A stretch of 64,000 bases of DNA from Phoronis australis (lineage: Eukaryota; Animalia; Phoronida). Positions 25,546 through 37,348 of the stretch are shown here, piece after piece. Under the pieces are notes generated by a model, which ran no database searches, had not been told where the DNA came from, and saw only the letters and a list, made by a program, of their open reading frames with translations. The position numbers were made by a program, and so were the translations under genes. The first letter of the stretch is position 1. Each line of letters begins with the position of its first letter. Where the stretch lies: assembly GCA_002633005.1 (NCBI GenBank), contig NMRA01000322.1:434001-498000 (forward strand), in the 5' to 3' direction.

Positions 25546-25688
25546 CCCTCTTGATGGTCCACAAAGTACACTGTCGGGAATTCTCTCATTCTTGATGTTC
25601 AAATGGTCTATTTTGCCCTCTTTCATTTTCATGTGCAGAATACGGAAGTTGGTGCCACCCAAGTCCAAGGCTAGAAAATCACCCTCCT
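25546..25688 (-). CDS. HK: Hexokinase exon 3
   Basis: (E)EGDFLALDLGGTNFRILHMKMKEGKIDHLNIKNERIPDSVLCGPSRG has the ATP-binding LALDLGGTNFR motif. Confidence 0.97.
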
Positions 25689-26036
25689 CTACAAAAAAAG
25701 AAAACACAAAAACAGTAATACTTTCAACAGCTTTTCGATACTGCGACTTAGAAATAATACAAACCTGGGCACTTAACCACTTGTTTTAACAAGTGGCTAA
25801 ATGCTCACAGCCCTCTGTTAAGAAAAATTTCAACATGTAGCTGTGTGCATGGCTCAAGTTTCCTTACAGAAAAAGAACTTGGCCAGAGATCTGCAGGCCT
25901 AATGTCTGAGTATTCAGAGAACTTTGGAAATGTCACATGAGATCCTCACGAAAGCACGTTACAACCAGCCTAGTTTATGCCATTCTGTTGCTTATAGAGC
26001 TCCAATCTAGCACTGATCCCTACTACATCAGCTTAC

Positions 26037-26205
26037 CAGTGCCATTTAAAGTTTCACGGACGTATGTGGTCTCCATTTGTAGACTAGATTTCTTCCTGTC
26101 CTCGGATTTCCGGCTCATTCCCATTGTCATCTCAGACTCCATGACATTCATCACCTTGTCAATCTGACTTGGAGATAACTTGAACACATCAACAACATCT
26201 TTTAC
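26037..26205 (-). CDS. HK: Hexokinase exon 2
   Basis: tgcag|VKDVVDVFKLSPSQIDKVMNVMESEMTMGMSRKSEDRKKSSLQMETTYVRETLNGT|gtaagc. Confidence 0.93.
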
Positions 26206-28022
26206 CTGCAAACATATCACTGTGTTTGTATGGTGCTCAGCATGACGGCATTTTGACATTTTTGACCTAATGGAATAAAACCAATAAGCCAAACTTTAAA
26301 ATATTTATGATAATTAAGCCAGATTTATGTATTTCCATTACCAATAAAAACATGAAAACCATCAAAGACTCATCCTACAACAATTGTGAATTTGAGAATG
26401 GGGCATGTACACAGGTAATTAAAACAGAATTTTATCAAGGTAAGGAATATATCACAAGACCAATTTTATGAGTTTCTAACCAGCTAAACACAGCAAAACG
26501 AAACTTAAGCATCAAAACTTTGATGGCGAGCATTCTTCGCAAATATGCCGGGCTGCACCCAATTTATTTTTTTTTGTCTGGAGTATTTTGGCATTGAGAG
26601 TGCATAGTCTGCTGATTGCTGGTGCCTAAGTAGTGGAATGTGAGTCATGGTTTGTGGTTGAATACCACCAATTGGTTTTTGCCTGGTGTATTTTCCGACA
26701 TAATCGGTTGTTTGCTGATAGAAATGCACTTTGAATGCTGCAAGTTCATCAAACAGGCAAGCCATGCCAAGAATTGTGCGATGACACTTGGCTTACCTCA
26801 AAATCCATCTACTGCCCGGTGGTTTGGTAATTGGCCCATAAATGTTGCACTCCCAGAAGATTTAATGAGGAACATATTGCAACATTAAGCAAACATTTAG
26901 GTTGTAAAAATCACATTCCTTGTCCAACTTTCAACATTCAAAAAACCAATCACAAGTACTGTACAGGAACTATTCCAATATGCTATTTAAAACATTCAAA
27001 ATGAAAATTTAAAAATACTATGGTTGCTTCCAATGTGTTTATGATGGGCGTCATTATCTAGAGAATGATAAAATCAGCAGCCTGAGGCTATTTAATGAAC
27101 CACAACAGCACGATGTCTTTGACCCAAACAGACAGATTCTGAGATGGGCAAACCAGTTGAGTTGCCCAATCTCAACTGGTTGTGGTCTCAACGAAGGATT
27201 TTTTCATGCTTTATGTTGTAATAGTAATGTGATTTTACTGGAACTACACTTACCTTATATGGCACAATTAGTTACAATGGTTTATTACAAAACTCTTGCC
27301 AAACAGTTCCATGAAATGTAACTCACATGCACGAGGTCTTGTGTATTGCAAAAAAACATGTTGTGCAGTAGTTGGTCAGTCTGCAATTAAGTAGTGTTCA
27401 AGTAAAGAGCTGACGTTCTCTTCACTCTTCTATAAATGCAAAATTACATATGTATCTGCATCCGCTTTATATTCTGTGGTTTTCTTGTAAAAGAAATACG
27501 TTGCTTTCTCTCAACTCACCCTGCCTAAAATGCAAATACGAGGAAAACCTGCTATGAGTGCCACCTCAAGTTTCCCAAACGCTGCCACAGGACTCTAGAG
27601 CAGTGGACAGGTGGAGTAGACAGACTCGTACTGCACGGTGGTTAATCAGTCTACGATGGAACTCCTATGGGGAGTGAGGAGCTTATGTTTCATTGTTGAA
27701 CCCACGTGTTGTGCTTCATCGAGTCAGACTTTTGAGATAAAATTAGAGCTGCAGACGTGCTCCCGGTGAATCAATAACGAGCCTCTGACTCTGTTGGCCA
27801 GTCGCTACATAGTGCGGGCTTATGCATTAATAGGCAATTGCCTATATGCTGATGGTTAGCGTGCTTGCCAGTTTTATCTGGGTTGCTGGTTATCTCTATT
27901 TCTCAAGTAGCACTTCACACTCCAGTTCGAGTATTCCGAAGTGGCACATGTTAAGAAATTAAAAGTGCAATGGTAAGTTGTATGTACAGTGCAGTGCAAT
28001 GATGTAGACCTATACTTGGAGG

Positions 28023-28688
28023 CTCAGGCGTCCTCACCTTCTGATTGTACCAGCAATACACTGTATACATACTACAAGGTATGATACTCGGAAATAGAAA
28101 TTCCACGAGTGCTTCAATTCAGCCGTCCATATCAAACACAAAACTCAATCAATTTACACAAATCAGGGGTTCAACAATCCATGAGCAATTGTTCTTTCTT
28201 CTAATGACATTTACAGTGTAATGCTCCAGCGAGTTCACAACACATTCGCAGTCAAAGCACAAAAATGTTCCCAAAAAAGCTGATGCGTATTATCAATCTT
28301 GACCTATGCGAGTCGGATCAAGGTCAAGTATGGTGCAGAATTATCCGATGAATTACGAATGGATGGCAATTGCTGTGTCGTGACTTTCCGTGACAAATTC
28401 CATGGTACAGAATACACAGTACTAATCAGCTTTTTGGAAAGATTTTTGTGCTTTGATTGCAAATTTGTTGTGAACTCGCTGGTGCAGGACACCATAAATG
28501 GTATTAAAAGAAAAAGCAATTGCTTACGTTTTTTTGAACCCCTGTTTAGTGTAAATTTATTGAGTTTTGTGTTTGATATGGACGGCTGAAGTGAAGCACC
28601 CATGGATTTTCTAGTCCTGAGTGTCTTACCTTGTAGTATGTACCATATATAGTGTATTGGTGACTGTCAAAAGCTGAGAACGCCTGTG
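28023..28688. mobile_element. Long-TIR foldback MITE with C(A/T)CAGGCG termini
   Basis: 28023 to ~28290 is the imperfect reverse complement of ~28420-28688. No TSD recognised. Confidence 0.8.
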
Positions 28689-28900
28689 CTTTGAGGAGGG
28701 CACTCTGGAAGTGATCCAGAGAAGAAGTACCAACGAAGTGGGCAGGTAAGTTCTTCCAGAAGACTGTTTTAGAGGAGAAGGCTTTCTGTGGGTATGCGGT
28801 GAAACAATGACGAGTCAAGAAGTACATGTTGTGGCATATACGTCATTGTGTACGGGTCAACTGATGAAGGGATACAAATAGGTAACAGGAATGGCGAGTA
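28689..28900 (-). mobile_element. Degenerate 3' end of a CR1/L2-type LINE ORF2
   Basis: LAIPVTYLYP...AYPQKAFSSKTVFWKNLPAHFVGTSSLDHFQSALL resembles the CR1/L2 C-terminal pattern Y..SFFP.TI..WN.LP...V...SL..FK..L. Confidence 0.6.
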
Positions 28901-29227
28901 AGTACGCATCGATTTTTTGGGACAATTTTTGTGCTTTGACCACAAATTTGTTGCGAACTCGATGGAGCAGGACACTGTGAAAGGTATTAGAAGAAAAAAC
29001 AATGCTCATGGTTTGTTGAACCCATTTTGAAAATTTCATTGAGTTTTGCGTTTGATATGGATGGCTGATGTGAAGCACCCGTGGAATTTTTAGTCCCGAG
29101 TGTCATACCTTGTAACTATATCATGGGTGGCCCATCATAGGGACCTGGGTGGGCTATAGCCTCACTTTTTTCAGTGCTGCACCGCCCATAATAGTGTATT
29201 GGGGATGATCAGAAGCTGAGGACGCCT
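28900..29227. mobile_element. Right arm of another copy of the CACAGGCG MITE, with a tiny hAT-like insert at ~29122-29190
   Basis: Directly similar to 28420-28685; ends gatcagaagctgaggacgcct. Confidence 0.75.
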
Positions 29228-29750
29228 TAGACAATGACCATCGTTTCTACTGGCGCTTCCTGATGGGCGTTGTAATGACTAAAACATCATCAAAATCTTG
29301 TTATATATACATTTTGCACATAGACCTTAGGAGGTCATCTGTGTATTTAATTCCTTCCAACTCAAACAAATACTTGTGTTATCAAACTTTTTCTTTGAGC
29401 AGCCCCTCGTTCAGTTCCCAAAATCGGCAACTCGTGATTTTTAGCACTGCGCCCGGCAGGTGACATGACGTATATATCCTCTTGAAGCGTGTGTGAAAAT
29501 AGCGAGTTACCGATTTTTGGGAACCGAACGAGGGACTGCTCGAAGAAAAAGTTTGAAAAAGGGAGTATTTGTTCGAGTTGGAAGGAATTAAATAAATCGA
29601 CGGCCTCCTTAAAGGTATATCCTCTATGCGTTTAAACAACGTGACTGTGATGTTTTAGTCAGTGCGAGCTAGGCATAATTCGCCAAAAAGCTTCCGGCAT
29701 ATGACGTGCCTATACAAGCTCCACCGTCTTACTCGCGGGTGCCAGTAGGA
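29228..29750. mobile_element. Older, diverged copy of the TAGGCAATGACC long-TIR MITE family
   Basis: Starts tagacaatgaccatcg. Internal inverted arms (ttccttccaactcaaacaaatact / agtatttgttcgagttggaaggaa) match 29751-30720. Confidence 0.75.
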
Positions 29751-30720
29751 TAGGCAATGACCATCACCTCTGTTGGCCCGACCAGAGGCGATGCAGCTCC
29801 TATTATAGGCAATGACCATCGCCTCTTTTGGCCAGACCAGAGGCGATGCAGCTCCTATAGGCGCTCCATACGCAGGAAGCTTTTCGGCGAATTATGCCTC
29901 ACACCAACTAAAACATCAAAGTCACGTTGTTATAAATACTTTTTGCGCATAGAGGAACACCTTAGGAGGTTGTCGATGTGTTTAATTCCTTCCAACTCAA
30001 ACAAATACTCCCGTTATCAAACTTTTTCTTCGAACAGTCCCTATTTCAGTTCCCAAAGTCGTGAACTCACCATTTTCACTCAGCACACGCCAAGAGATAT
30101 GACCTCATTCTTTTAACCAGGCCGAAGGTCAGAAAGCTGAAGTCCCCGCCATTTGTGTATGCATGTGCTGCCGGGAACCAGCCGTGCATTTGCCGTGTTG
30201 TTAAACATTAAAGTGTCTCAGTTAAATGTCATCAACAGCATTTATTTTTATCAAATACAAACAATAATTCATTGAAATACAATCAGTTTCAAGTAACGCC
30301 AATTAAAGACAAGTAGTGGTGTCATTTTGGAAATGAACATTTGACTGATAAGACCGCAATGGCTCACCTTTAGCCTATTTAAAGATTGAGGCCATGAAGT
30401 CACATCACCTTGCGAGCGCGGTAAAGATTGGAGCGTGCGCAGTATAAAAATGGTGAGTTCACGATTCTGGGGACTGAACGAGTGACTGCTCGAACAAAAA
30501 GTTCGATAACAGAAGTATTTGTTCGAGTTGGAACGAATTAAACACACCGCCAACCTCCTAAGGTGTCCCTCTATATGCAAAAGGTATTTGTAACAAGGTG
30601 ACTTTCATGATTTAGCCAGTGCGAAGCATAATTCGCCGAAAAGCTTTCGGCGTATGGAGCGCCTTGTATAGGAGCTGCATCGCCTCTGGTCGGGCCAACA
30701 GAGGCGATGGTCATTGCCTA
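29751..30720. mobile_element. Long-TIR (~300 bp) non-autonomous DNA transposon with a 9-bp TSD (Mutator-like or AcademH-like)
   Basis: CCAGTAGGA|TAGGCAATGACCATC...GATGGTCATTGCCTA|CCAGTAGGA. The first ~55 bp of the left TIR is tandemly duplicated. Confidence 0.88.
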
Positions 30721-31121
30721 CCAGTAGGACTGCTGTGCGTGAACTTGGAATCTGCTTAATCTCAAGACTGCGAACTTGGAATTGAATATTCTATAAGGCA
30801 AAAAGGTGAAATTTTTGTTCGGTGAAAAGAAATTTTTGTAATTATTGGCCTCACGATCAACTATTTTCTCCGTTACCGTAACTTGTAACACTGAACCGGA
30901 GGAATATGAATGGCTAAAACAACTATATTGGTGAAACTGAACGCCTGTGGCTAAGAGGAGAATGAGGGTAAATCTAGCCTTGGTACAAAGCTAGTACAAA
31001 GCTGTATAAAAAAATATACAGCTAGCTGTATTTTGAGGACAGTCATCATACAGCTATCTGGCTAGGGTAAATCGTGCAGCTTGTTGCGGCACCATTTCAA
31101 TAGATTAGAATCCCAGGCTAC

Positions 31122-31172
31122 CTTTTCTCTCTTGAGCGTATCTTGAACGTTAAGCTCCGGATATAAGATCAT
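31122..31172 (-). CDS. HK: Hexokinase exon 1 (start codon)
   Basis: aaatcATG...MILYPELNVQDTLKREK|gtagcc ends in phase 0 and joins exon 2 as KREK-VKDVVDVFKLS. It is the only ATG-led, phase-compatible candidate I found upstream. Confidence 0.75.
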
Positions 31173-31384
31173 GATTTGTTTTTGTCTACAGGCCCTTGGA
31201 TTCACCACGTCAACTCACACCCCGTCCAAGGGGTCACCAGAAATTTAACCCCAACCGGAAAGGAACTCTTCGTTGTAGTAAGTACAGAAAAGAAAAAGCG
31301 CGGGGAAAAAAGCGCGGGAACTCGGCAAACTTGGTAGTTAGAGAACTATCTATTATGCTTGGTGAAGAAGTGCTGGAAAGTGAT
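31173..31384. promoter_or_regulatory. Putative bidirectional promoter (hexokinase / DNMT1) with tandem E2F sites
   Basis: Divergent ATGs at 31172 (-) and 31385 (+). GCGCGGGGAAA (31298-31308) and GCGCGGGAA (31312-31320) fit the E2F consensus; Ets-like CCGGAA at 31255-31260. Confidence 0.7.
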
Positions 31385-31437
31385 ATGCCAGGAAAAATTT
31401 TCGAAAAGGCGTTGATTTCTAACGAAATAAAATCGAG
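31385..31437 (+). CDS. DNMT1: DNA (cytosine-5)-methyltransferase 1, exon 1 (alternative in-frame ATG at 31355)
   Basis: MPGKIFEKALISNEIKS(R)|gtgagt ends in phase 2 and joins exon 2 as R-LSDLDEE, paralleling the DNMT1 N-terminus (MP....DDVRRRLKDLE). Confidence 0.82.
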
Positions 31438-32148
31438 GTGAGTTACTTCTATGATATTTATGTGGTGTTTTATCGACTTATCGGCCTCCTGAACAACTTT
31501 TACTTGGTTGACCAAGACAGAAAATTTCTGCTGACTGATCGTAGCGCCCTCTATTTTTAAGAAGTTCTTTGATTTTGACACCGATGAAGGTCATTATCAC
31601 GTTTTTAAGAGGCATGGAACACGAAAACCTTTTAAACAGATCATGGCGAATCTACTTCTTGGGGTTCGTAGCGGGAGAGTTATTTACTTTGAATGTTGTG
31701 TTGTAATCGTCAACATCATTCGTCCTTTATCTTTCTGTAGTGTCTTGTGATTTGTCAGTTTTATGGTTCCCGGATGCTTGTTTTATTTAAACTGCTGGCG
31801 GGAACCCTGCTGGGAGTCTTTCAGCAGGCAATCAGGATGTCAGGGATGGCACCTGGATTGGGTTTTACTGCAGCTTGAATAGCTGTGTTTTAACTGGTGA
31901 GTACTTCTAGAGGCCTAACTAGTGAACCTGCAGTAATACAACAGTTGCGAAAATCGTCAGTTTCACTATTGATTGACGAAACACAGAGACAGACGAGGAA
32001 ATAAGAAGGCTTTTATTCCAATACAGTTTTCTATCTCCTCCACTCTTACTATAAGAAGTTGGATTTACTGCTGCTTGAAATCACCATTGTTTTGTTTACA
32101 CCAAAGGTCAAAGGTCATGCTTTCCACATCAAAGAAATGCGCTATCTA

Positions 32149-35100
32149 GGTAGGGACGTGACAAAAAAATTCAACTTCTTGCTTAATATTTAAAAATGCA
32201 TTGATTTAAAAAATCATCAAAAACGGATTCAAACAAAAAAATTAAGAAAATCCGTTGAGCCGTTGACTTTTTATGAACGTTTGAAGAGCGATAATTAGCC
32301 CTTTATTTTAGTCCACTGAATACCTGGGAATGAAGGCTTATTTATGTGACCCAAAATTATTTTTTTCACAATAACTTCCTCAAGAATTTTGATAACATTT
32401 TAAAGACAACAAAAAATTCCAAATTCCAAAGTGGCGGACAATATGGCCACCATTACGACTGCAAAAACGTCTTATTTTACGTTAACGAACTATATGGTGT
32501 AATATACCATTAACGAACTATATGGTGTAATATATCAAATGATAGGTCTTTTCATTGCTTTTTTGAAGAGAATGATGAAAAACATGTTTAGGCAATATTT
32601 ACGACATTTCTGCAATAGCTGCCAACATTACTGCATTAGCGACCACCAGAAGATTGATTCAGCAACCATGATGTACACGTCAATATTAAAGGTGTTTTTA
32701 TGAACTGCAAGGATATACAATTGTGTTATGCATACATGTTTATTTTGTACAAAATGGCTGCCAAGATGGCTGCCACCCATAACAGAAATGTAGTTGTAGT
32801 AATACAATTTTACAAGACAAATGAAACCAAAACGAGATTCGTTCAAACTTTTGCTTGACCGGCAACAAGACTACCCAGAGGTTCAAAAGTCCATCTGTAA
32901 CAAGTACAAGGGCAAACTGAGTGCATCGCATAGAGCACCGATACAAAGGATCCTCATTATTTTAATCCCACTAGGGGGTGCAATGCGGATGGAGCAAATG
33001 CACTCGAAACTTAAGGTAATGCAGAATACATCAAGTATATCTGAAAATGGGAAGGCATTGTAGTCTCCTTAATAGAAACCTAACTACCAAGTTTCATGAA
33101 AATCCATCAATGAACTCTAAAGATACACAAGAAAACACACAAAAAGTTGCCCTTGGGGGCACACAAACCGATTCCTTTTTTCTTTTGTTCAGTGGTAACT
33201 TTCTGGCGTTTTATCTGCTGTGTCAAATGCTTGATCTAACATGCTGTTGTAGACTTCAGTGAAGACTTGAGAGATCATGAATGGTTTTCTTTTCCTTTGA
33301 AACATACTGTAGCCGTCTCTTTAGTTTTTGTTTCCAAGGTGTTAGGGCTTCTCGCTTAGAGGATGGTGTTGAGGTGGATGGCTCTGATTCAACTGAAGGG
33401 CCAGCTTCAAGCTCTGGTTGTCAGCTCAGGAAATACGGGTTCATGGTGAGGGTCAGCAACCGCGCAAGACACAGGTTCTTCACTAGGTTCAGGAACGAGA
33501 GGAAACAACTCTTCGCACACTTTAAACTGGGACATGCTTCTTTCATTTGAAACTGATTGATACTCTTTAGTGACCTATTCACCAGCGAGTTGATATTGCT
33601 TGTAGTAATTTTAAAATTACCAATAAGTTCACGTGCAAAGTTGACACTATCTCAGTCAGTGATTTGTTGCACTGTAAGAACACATAGAGGGCATGACCAT
33701 TTTTCATGTTTTCACTGGGAACAAAGTTGGAGTTCTCTTGCAAGAACTGTCTCGCTTTGCCAGATTGAGATGGAGCTGACAACTTTCTTTTTTTGTAGGC
33801 ATTCTGAAAATATAAAAAAGACATGTAAGAAAATTAACATACCAATGTACAGTGTTATAATATATTTAATGTACACCAAATTATTCAGACTGCCTTGTCC
33901 TGTAACTACTATTAAACACTCACAACAAACCCTAAAACTAAAGTTTGAATTTTTTACACTGATGTGCAACAAAGTGAAAAACATTCTACTTAGATGAGCA
34001 ACACATAACAAAAATACTTTTTATGAGGCGTCTTGTATTCACAGAATGCATTGATTTATTATTTTTCAAAAAATTGAACCGTTCGATCCTTTCCTTAATA
34101 AGTGTACTTCAAGAACTTGAAAACTAAAAATGTAAAATTCTCCAGTTGTGGACACAGTATCATGTCAGGGCCAGTAGAATTTTATTTTCTCAAATACCAC
34201 ATGAAGGTAAAGGAATCGATGTTTACTTTGTTGTACCCGCTCAATGATTTTCCAGGCACCAGCAACAAACTTAACTTGAAAGAATGACATCAGCAACTCT
34301 TCTTGTCCCAAACTGGAGAATTTTTTAACGTGTTTGATTAGAAAATCATTGCATATTATTCAATGAAAAAATCAACACTACTGTCATATGGAATTGACCA
34401 ACTGGTTTTATTTCATAAAAAACAGAAAAACATGGCAATATTGTGAAGAAAATCTAGCCAAAATCACACTTAAAACATTATCAAAGAATTCGAGTTTTGA
34501 GCCAATCAAATCTCTAGCATTTTGATCACATGACCAAAATTCGCCGGACCAAGATTACCGATAATAAACCTTACAAAATCATCGATTTCCAAAAAATACA
34601 CATGAAAATGTATGGAACTTAATCCAAATTGATCTATTTCGCTATTAATTTACACAAACTAGTCAATCTACCTAATTTAAGAGCAATTGTTAACCATAAA
34701 CGGCAATGCTGATACACTGGTCCGTTATGGCTGGTTGCCGAGAATGCCTGCCTCGGGTCTTAACTTGCACGGAGTTGGCAGATCATGATATGGTGAATTG
34801 ATTGAAATGAAATTTGGTGAACAGTTGCAAGAGATATAAAAAAAGAATAAAGAACACATTTCATAAGAAAAAATAACTTACCTTTCAAAATACAAGCAGT
34901 CAAACAGGAGCGAAAAATTCCCCAACTTCTCACCAGTGACATGCTTTGACAAGAATGAAAATTCAACAAAGAAAATGATGTATGCCCAGAAGAATTTACG
35001 GTCTACGTCATCAATAATGTTGTTCCCCGTTTTTTTGGTTTCTGGAGGAGAGAGAGTGGAAATACTATAGCCACCGTGAAACGATGGCTGTCTAATCGAT

Positions 35101-35168
35101 AATCGCCATTACACAACATCTGGGAAAAGCCAATCAGGGTTGAGATAAGACTTTTTCACGTCCCTACC
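32149..35168. mobile_element. 3.0-kb decayed TIR DNA transposon with GG termini and 5-bp TSD, in DNMT1 intron 1
   Basis: ATCTA|GGTAGGGACGTGACAAAAAA...TTTTTCACGTCCCTACC|ATCTA. Broken minus-strand coding-like sequence at ~33170-33800; Helentron-family units nested at ~32940-33170. Confidence 0.75.
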
Positions 35169-36519
35169 ATCTAGGCTAGGTCTTGGTCTTGCCATACGAA
35201 ATGAGGAGAGGTGCTTTGTGGTGTGAAAAATATTGTTAAAGAGTCAGTTGACAATTTGTTTTTTTTTTTGAAAATTGAAACCAAGAGAAAATGCTTGACA
35301 TTCAAAATCTTTATGAAGAAGCTGTGAAAATACCTGTAAACATCAATTTTAATGTCCAGTACAATAAAAAAAATTTCGGTATCGATAGGCTGTTCAAAGT
35401 CTTCCAATAGTAGAACTGTTGGAACTGTGAGTACTTATGGCAATGCTACCCGACTACTACAGCCGACCATGATTANGGAGATGACGTACTTGCTGGAAGT
35501 AAAACATGCTATGTCTGCCAAGTGTCGCTAGTGAATAGTGACGTCACGCCTTGTATGATGATCACAGATTTCGTCCATTGAAAACATACAAAGTTGGTGG
35601 CCTATGTACCATAGTCAGTGATGCCAGTAAAAGAACAATAAGCTAGTTGAAAGTTGTATTCACTTATTGTTACATCTAGATTAATTTAGACAGAGAACGA
35701 TTATAGTGCTCAGTAGTGAACAGAAATGAGTGTGTCCTTGCATTGTTGATCGCCGCCATTTTCATGAATGCAAGATTGCAAAGGTTGCAGGCAAAATTTT
35801 TGGTCCGCAGCATGCCTGTAAGGTGTGCTGTGTGTTTGGGTAACATAATTGGAGCGGAAAGTATGCTCAAATCTGGCTAAGGGCATGCAAAATTTGATCC
35901 AAAGTGGTCAAATCCCAATAACATGAATGAATGTATAACAATTTTTCATTTGTTCTTTAGAGGAATATTCTGCTGCAATCCAAAAATTGAGTCTAAAATG
36001 TGTGTAAAATATTTTTGTGTAATTATCTGAGTTTACCTGATCATTCATCTTCCAAACTCAGCAGATCTGTTTGTCTTTTAAAGATTTTAATCAATTCCGT
36101 AATTCTGTAGAAGAGTGACCTGATCATATTTTTACCTTATTTGTTGTGCACTATAAACGCGAAAAACAGCAGTTGGCATGAACAGTGGTGTTTTTTAATC
36201 CATCATGGAATCTTCATCATTGCAAATGAAAAAGTTCAGTTTAAATATTGGTTAAAATGCCTTTTTAGCAGATTTTTTCAAAGGTCACTGAATTAAAGCT
36301 TTTTAAAAACCTATCGGATGGATTTCATGCTGTACACACTGCCTAGTTTCCTTATTTATTATTTTTGTACCGACCAAACCAGACTTTTGGACGTATCTGA
36401 CGTGCACAGTGCCCCCTATTGGATGTTTTAGTTTTTTATGATCTTGGAAGGTGTGTTCCTATTGAGGAGAGAATTGGTGACTCCCTATGCATCTCCTAGA
36501 GGTTATTTTAAGTTAACTG

Positions 36520-36681
36520 TGGGGGCGGATCCAAGATTGTAAGTTAGGAGGAGCCAGGGTAGAATATTAGCTAGGATTTTGCCTGTCAGATATTCGTAAC
36601 CCCAAACTGCCAAATGGAATCTGGGAGAATTTTTAGGGGCGTGGGAGGGCGTGACCACCTGCCCCCCTAAATCCGCCACTG
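36520..36681 (+). mobile_element. Short hAT-like MITE (same family as 4448-4610)
   Basis: ggggcggatcc...ccaaactgccaaatggaatctgggagaatttttagggg...cctaaatccgccactg. Confidence 0.6.
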
Positions 36682-37348
36682 AACCGTCTTTGTTCCGTTT
36701 GGTGGAAAAGTATGAAATTGTAAATCCTACCTGTATCTGTAACATATGTGATCCACACAGGGGGCGCTGCTCTCGTTATGTTACTCATAAAATCTATGTC
36801 CTTTAACATTAACTGTGACAATTGATAACATCTTCATACCTCGAATCCTCTTCCCCTTGTCATCGTTTGTCATTTTTAATCCTCTCTATCTACCTACCTG
36901 ACAGTAATGACGTCCGACTTAGTATGTGACATCAGTACACACACTGTCTAAGCATGTTTTATGTCGAGACGTAGGGAACACCTATCGTGTAGTTTTTAAA
37001 TATTATATTTTTAAATGGTCATGTTTGGCGTAATGCCTGACCTGATATTCTACATTAAGTGCCCAGGGCATGAACTCGCGGGGGGGGAGTTGTATTGTGT
37101 ACCCATGAAATGCAGATTCACAATCTATTACTCTTCCATTGTCAGTTTTAACCTTTCATCTGTTATCAGCATATCAAAAACATTTGTCTTATCTACAAGT
37201 GTACCTGCTCGGTATTTCCAGTTCACATGCAGGCAGTGTATTGTTAGCTACTAGGAATACAATTTCTCGAATAATAAATGTAGGAATTTCCAAATTTTAC
37301 GCAGGTGAGTGGCTATTTTGTGTTAATGTTTCTGGACGCTTTATTACA

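Noticed and set aside
27520-27700. Alternative hexokinase first exon ending at a strong minus-strand gtgagt donor (27519)
   Set aside because: The frame that would join exon 2 has an upstream TAG and no ATG. It could be a non-coding exon but is unsupported.
31234-31581. 115-aa minus-strand ORF
   Set aside because: GTG start, antisense to DNMT1 exon 1 and its promoter, and no recognisable motif.
33339-33445. Plus-strand exon-like block in DNMT1 intron 1
   Set aside because: It gives a stop when joined to exon 1, exons 1 and 2 already join correctly, and it is the antisense of coding remnants inside the 32149-35168 transposon.
32149-35168. ProtoRAG/Transib identity suggested by the 5-bp TSD
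   Set aside because: Termini are GG rather than CAC, there is no RSS-like heptamer/nonamer, and no RAG1-core or RAG2 motifs are recognisable.
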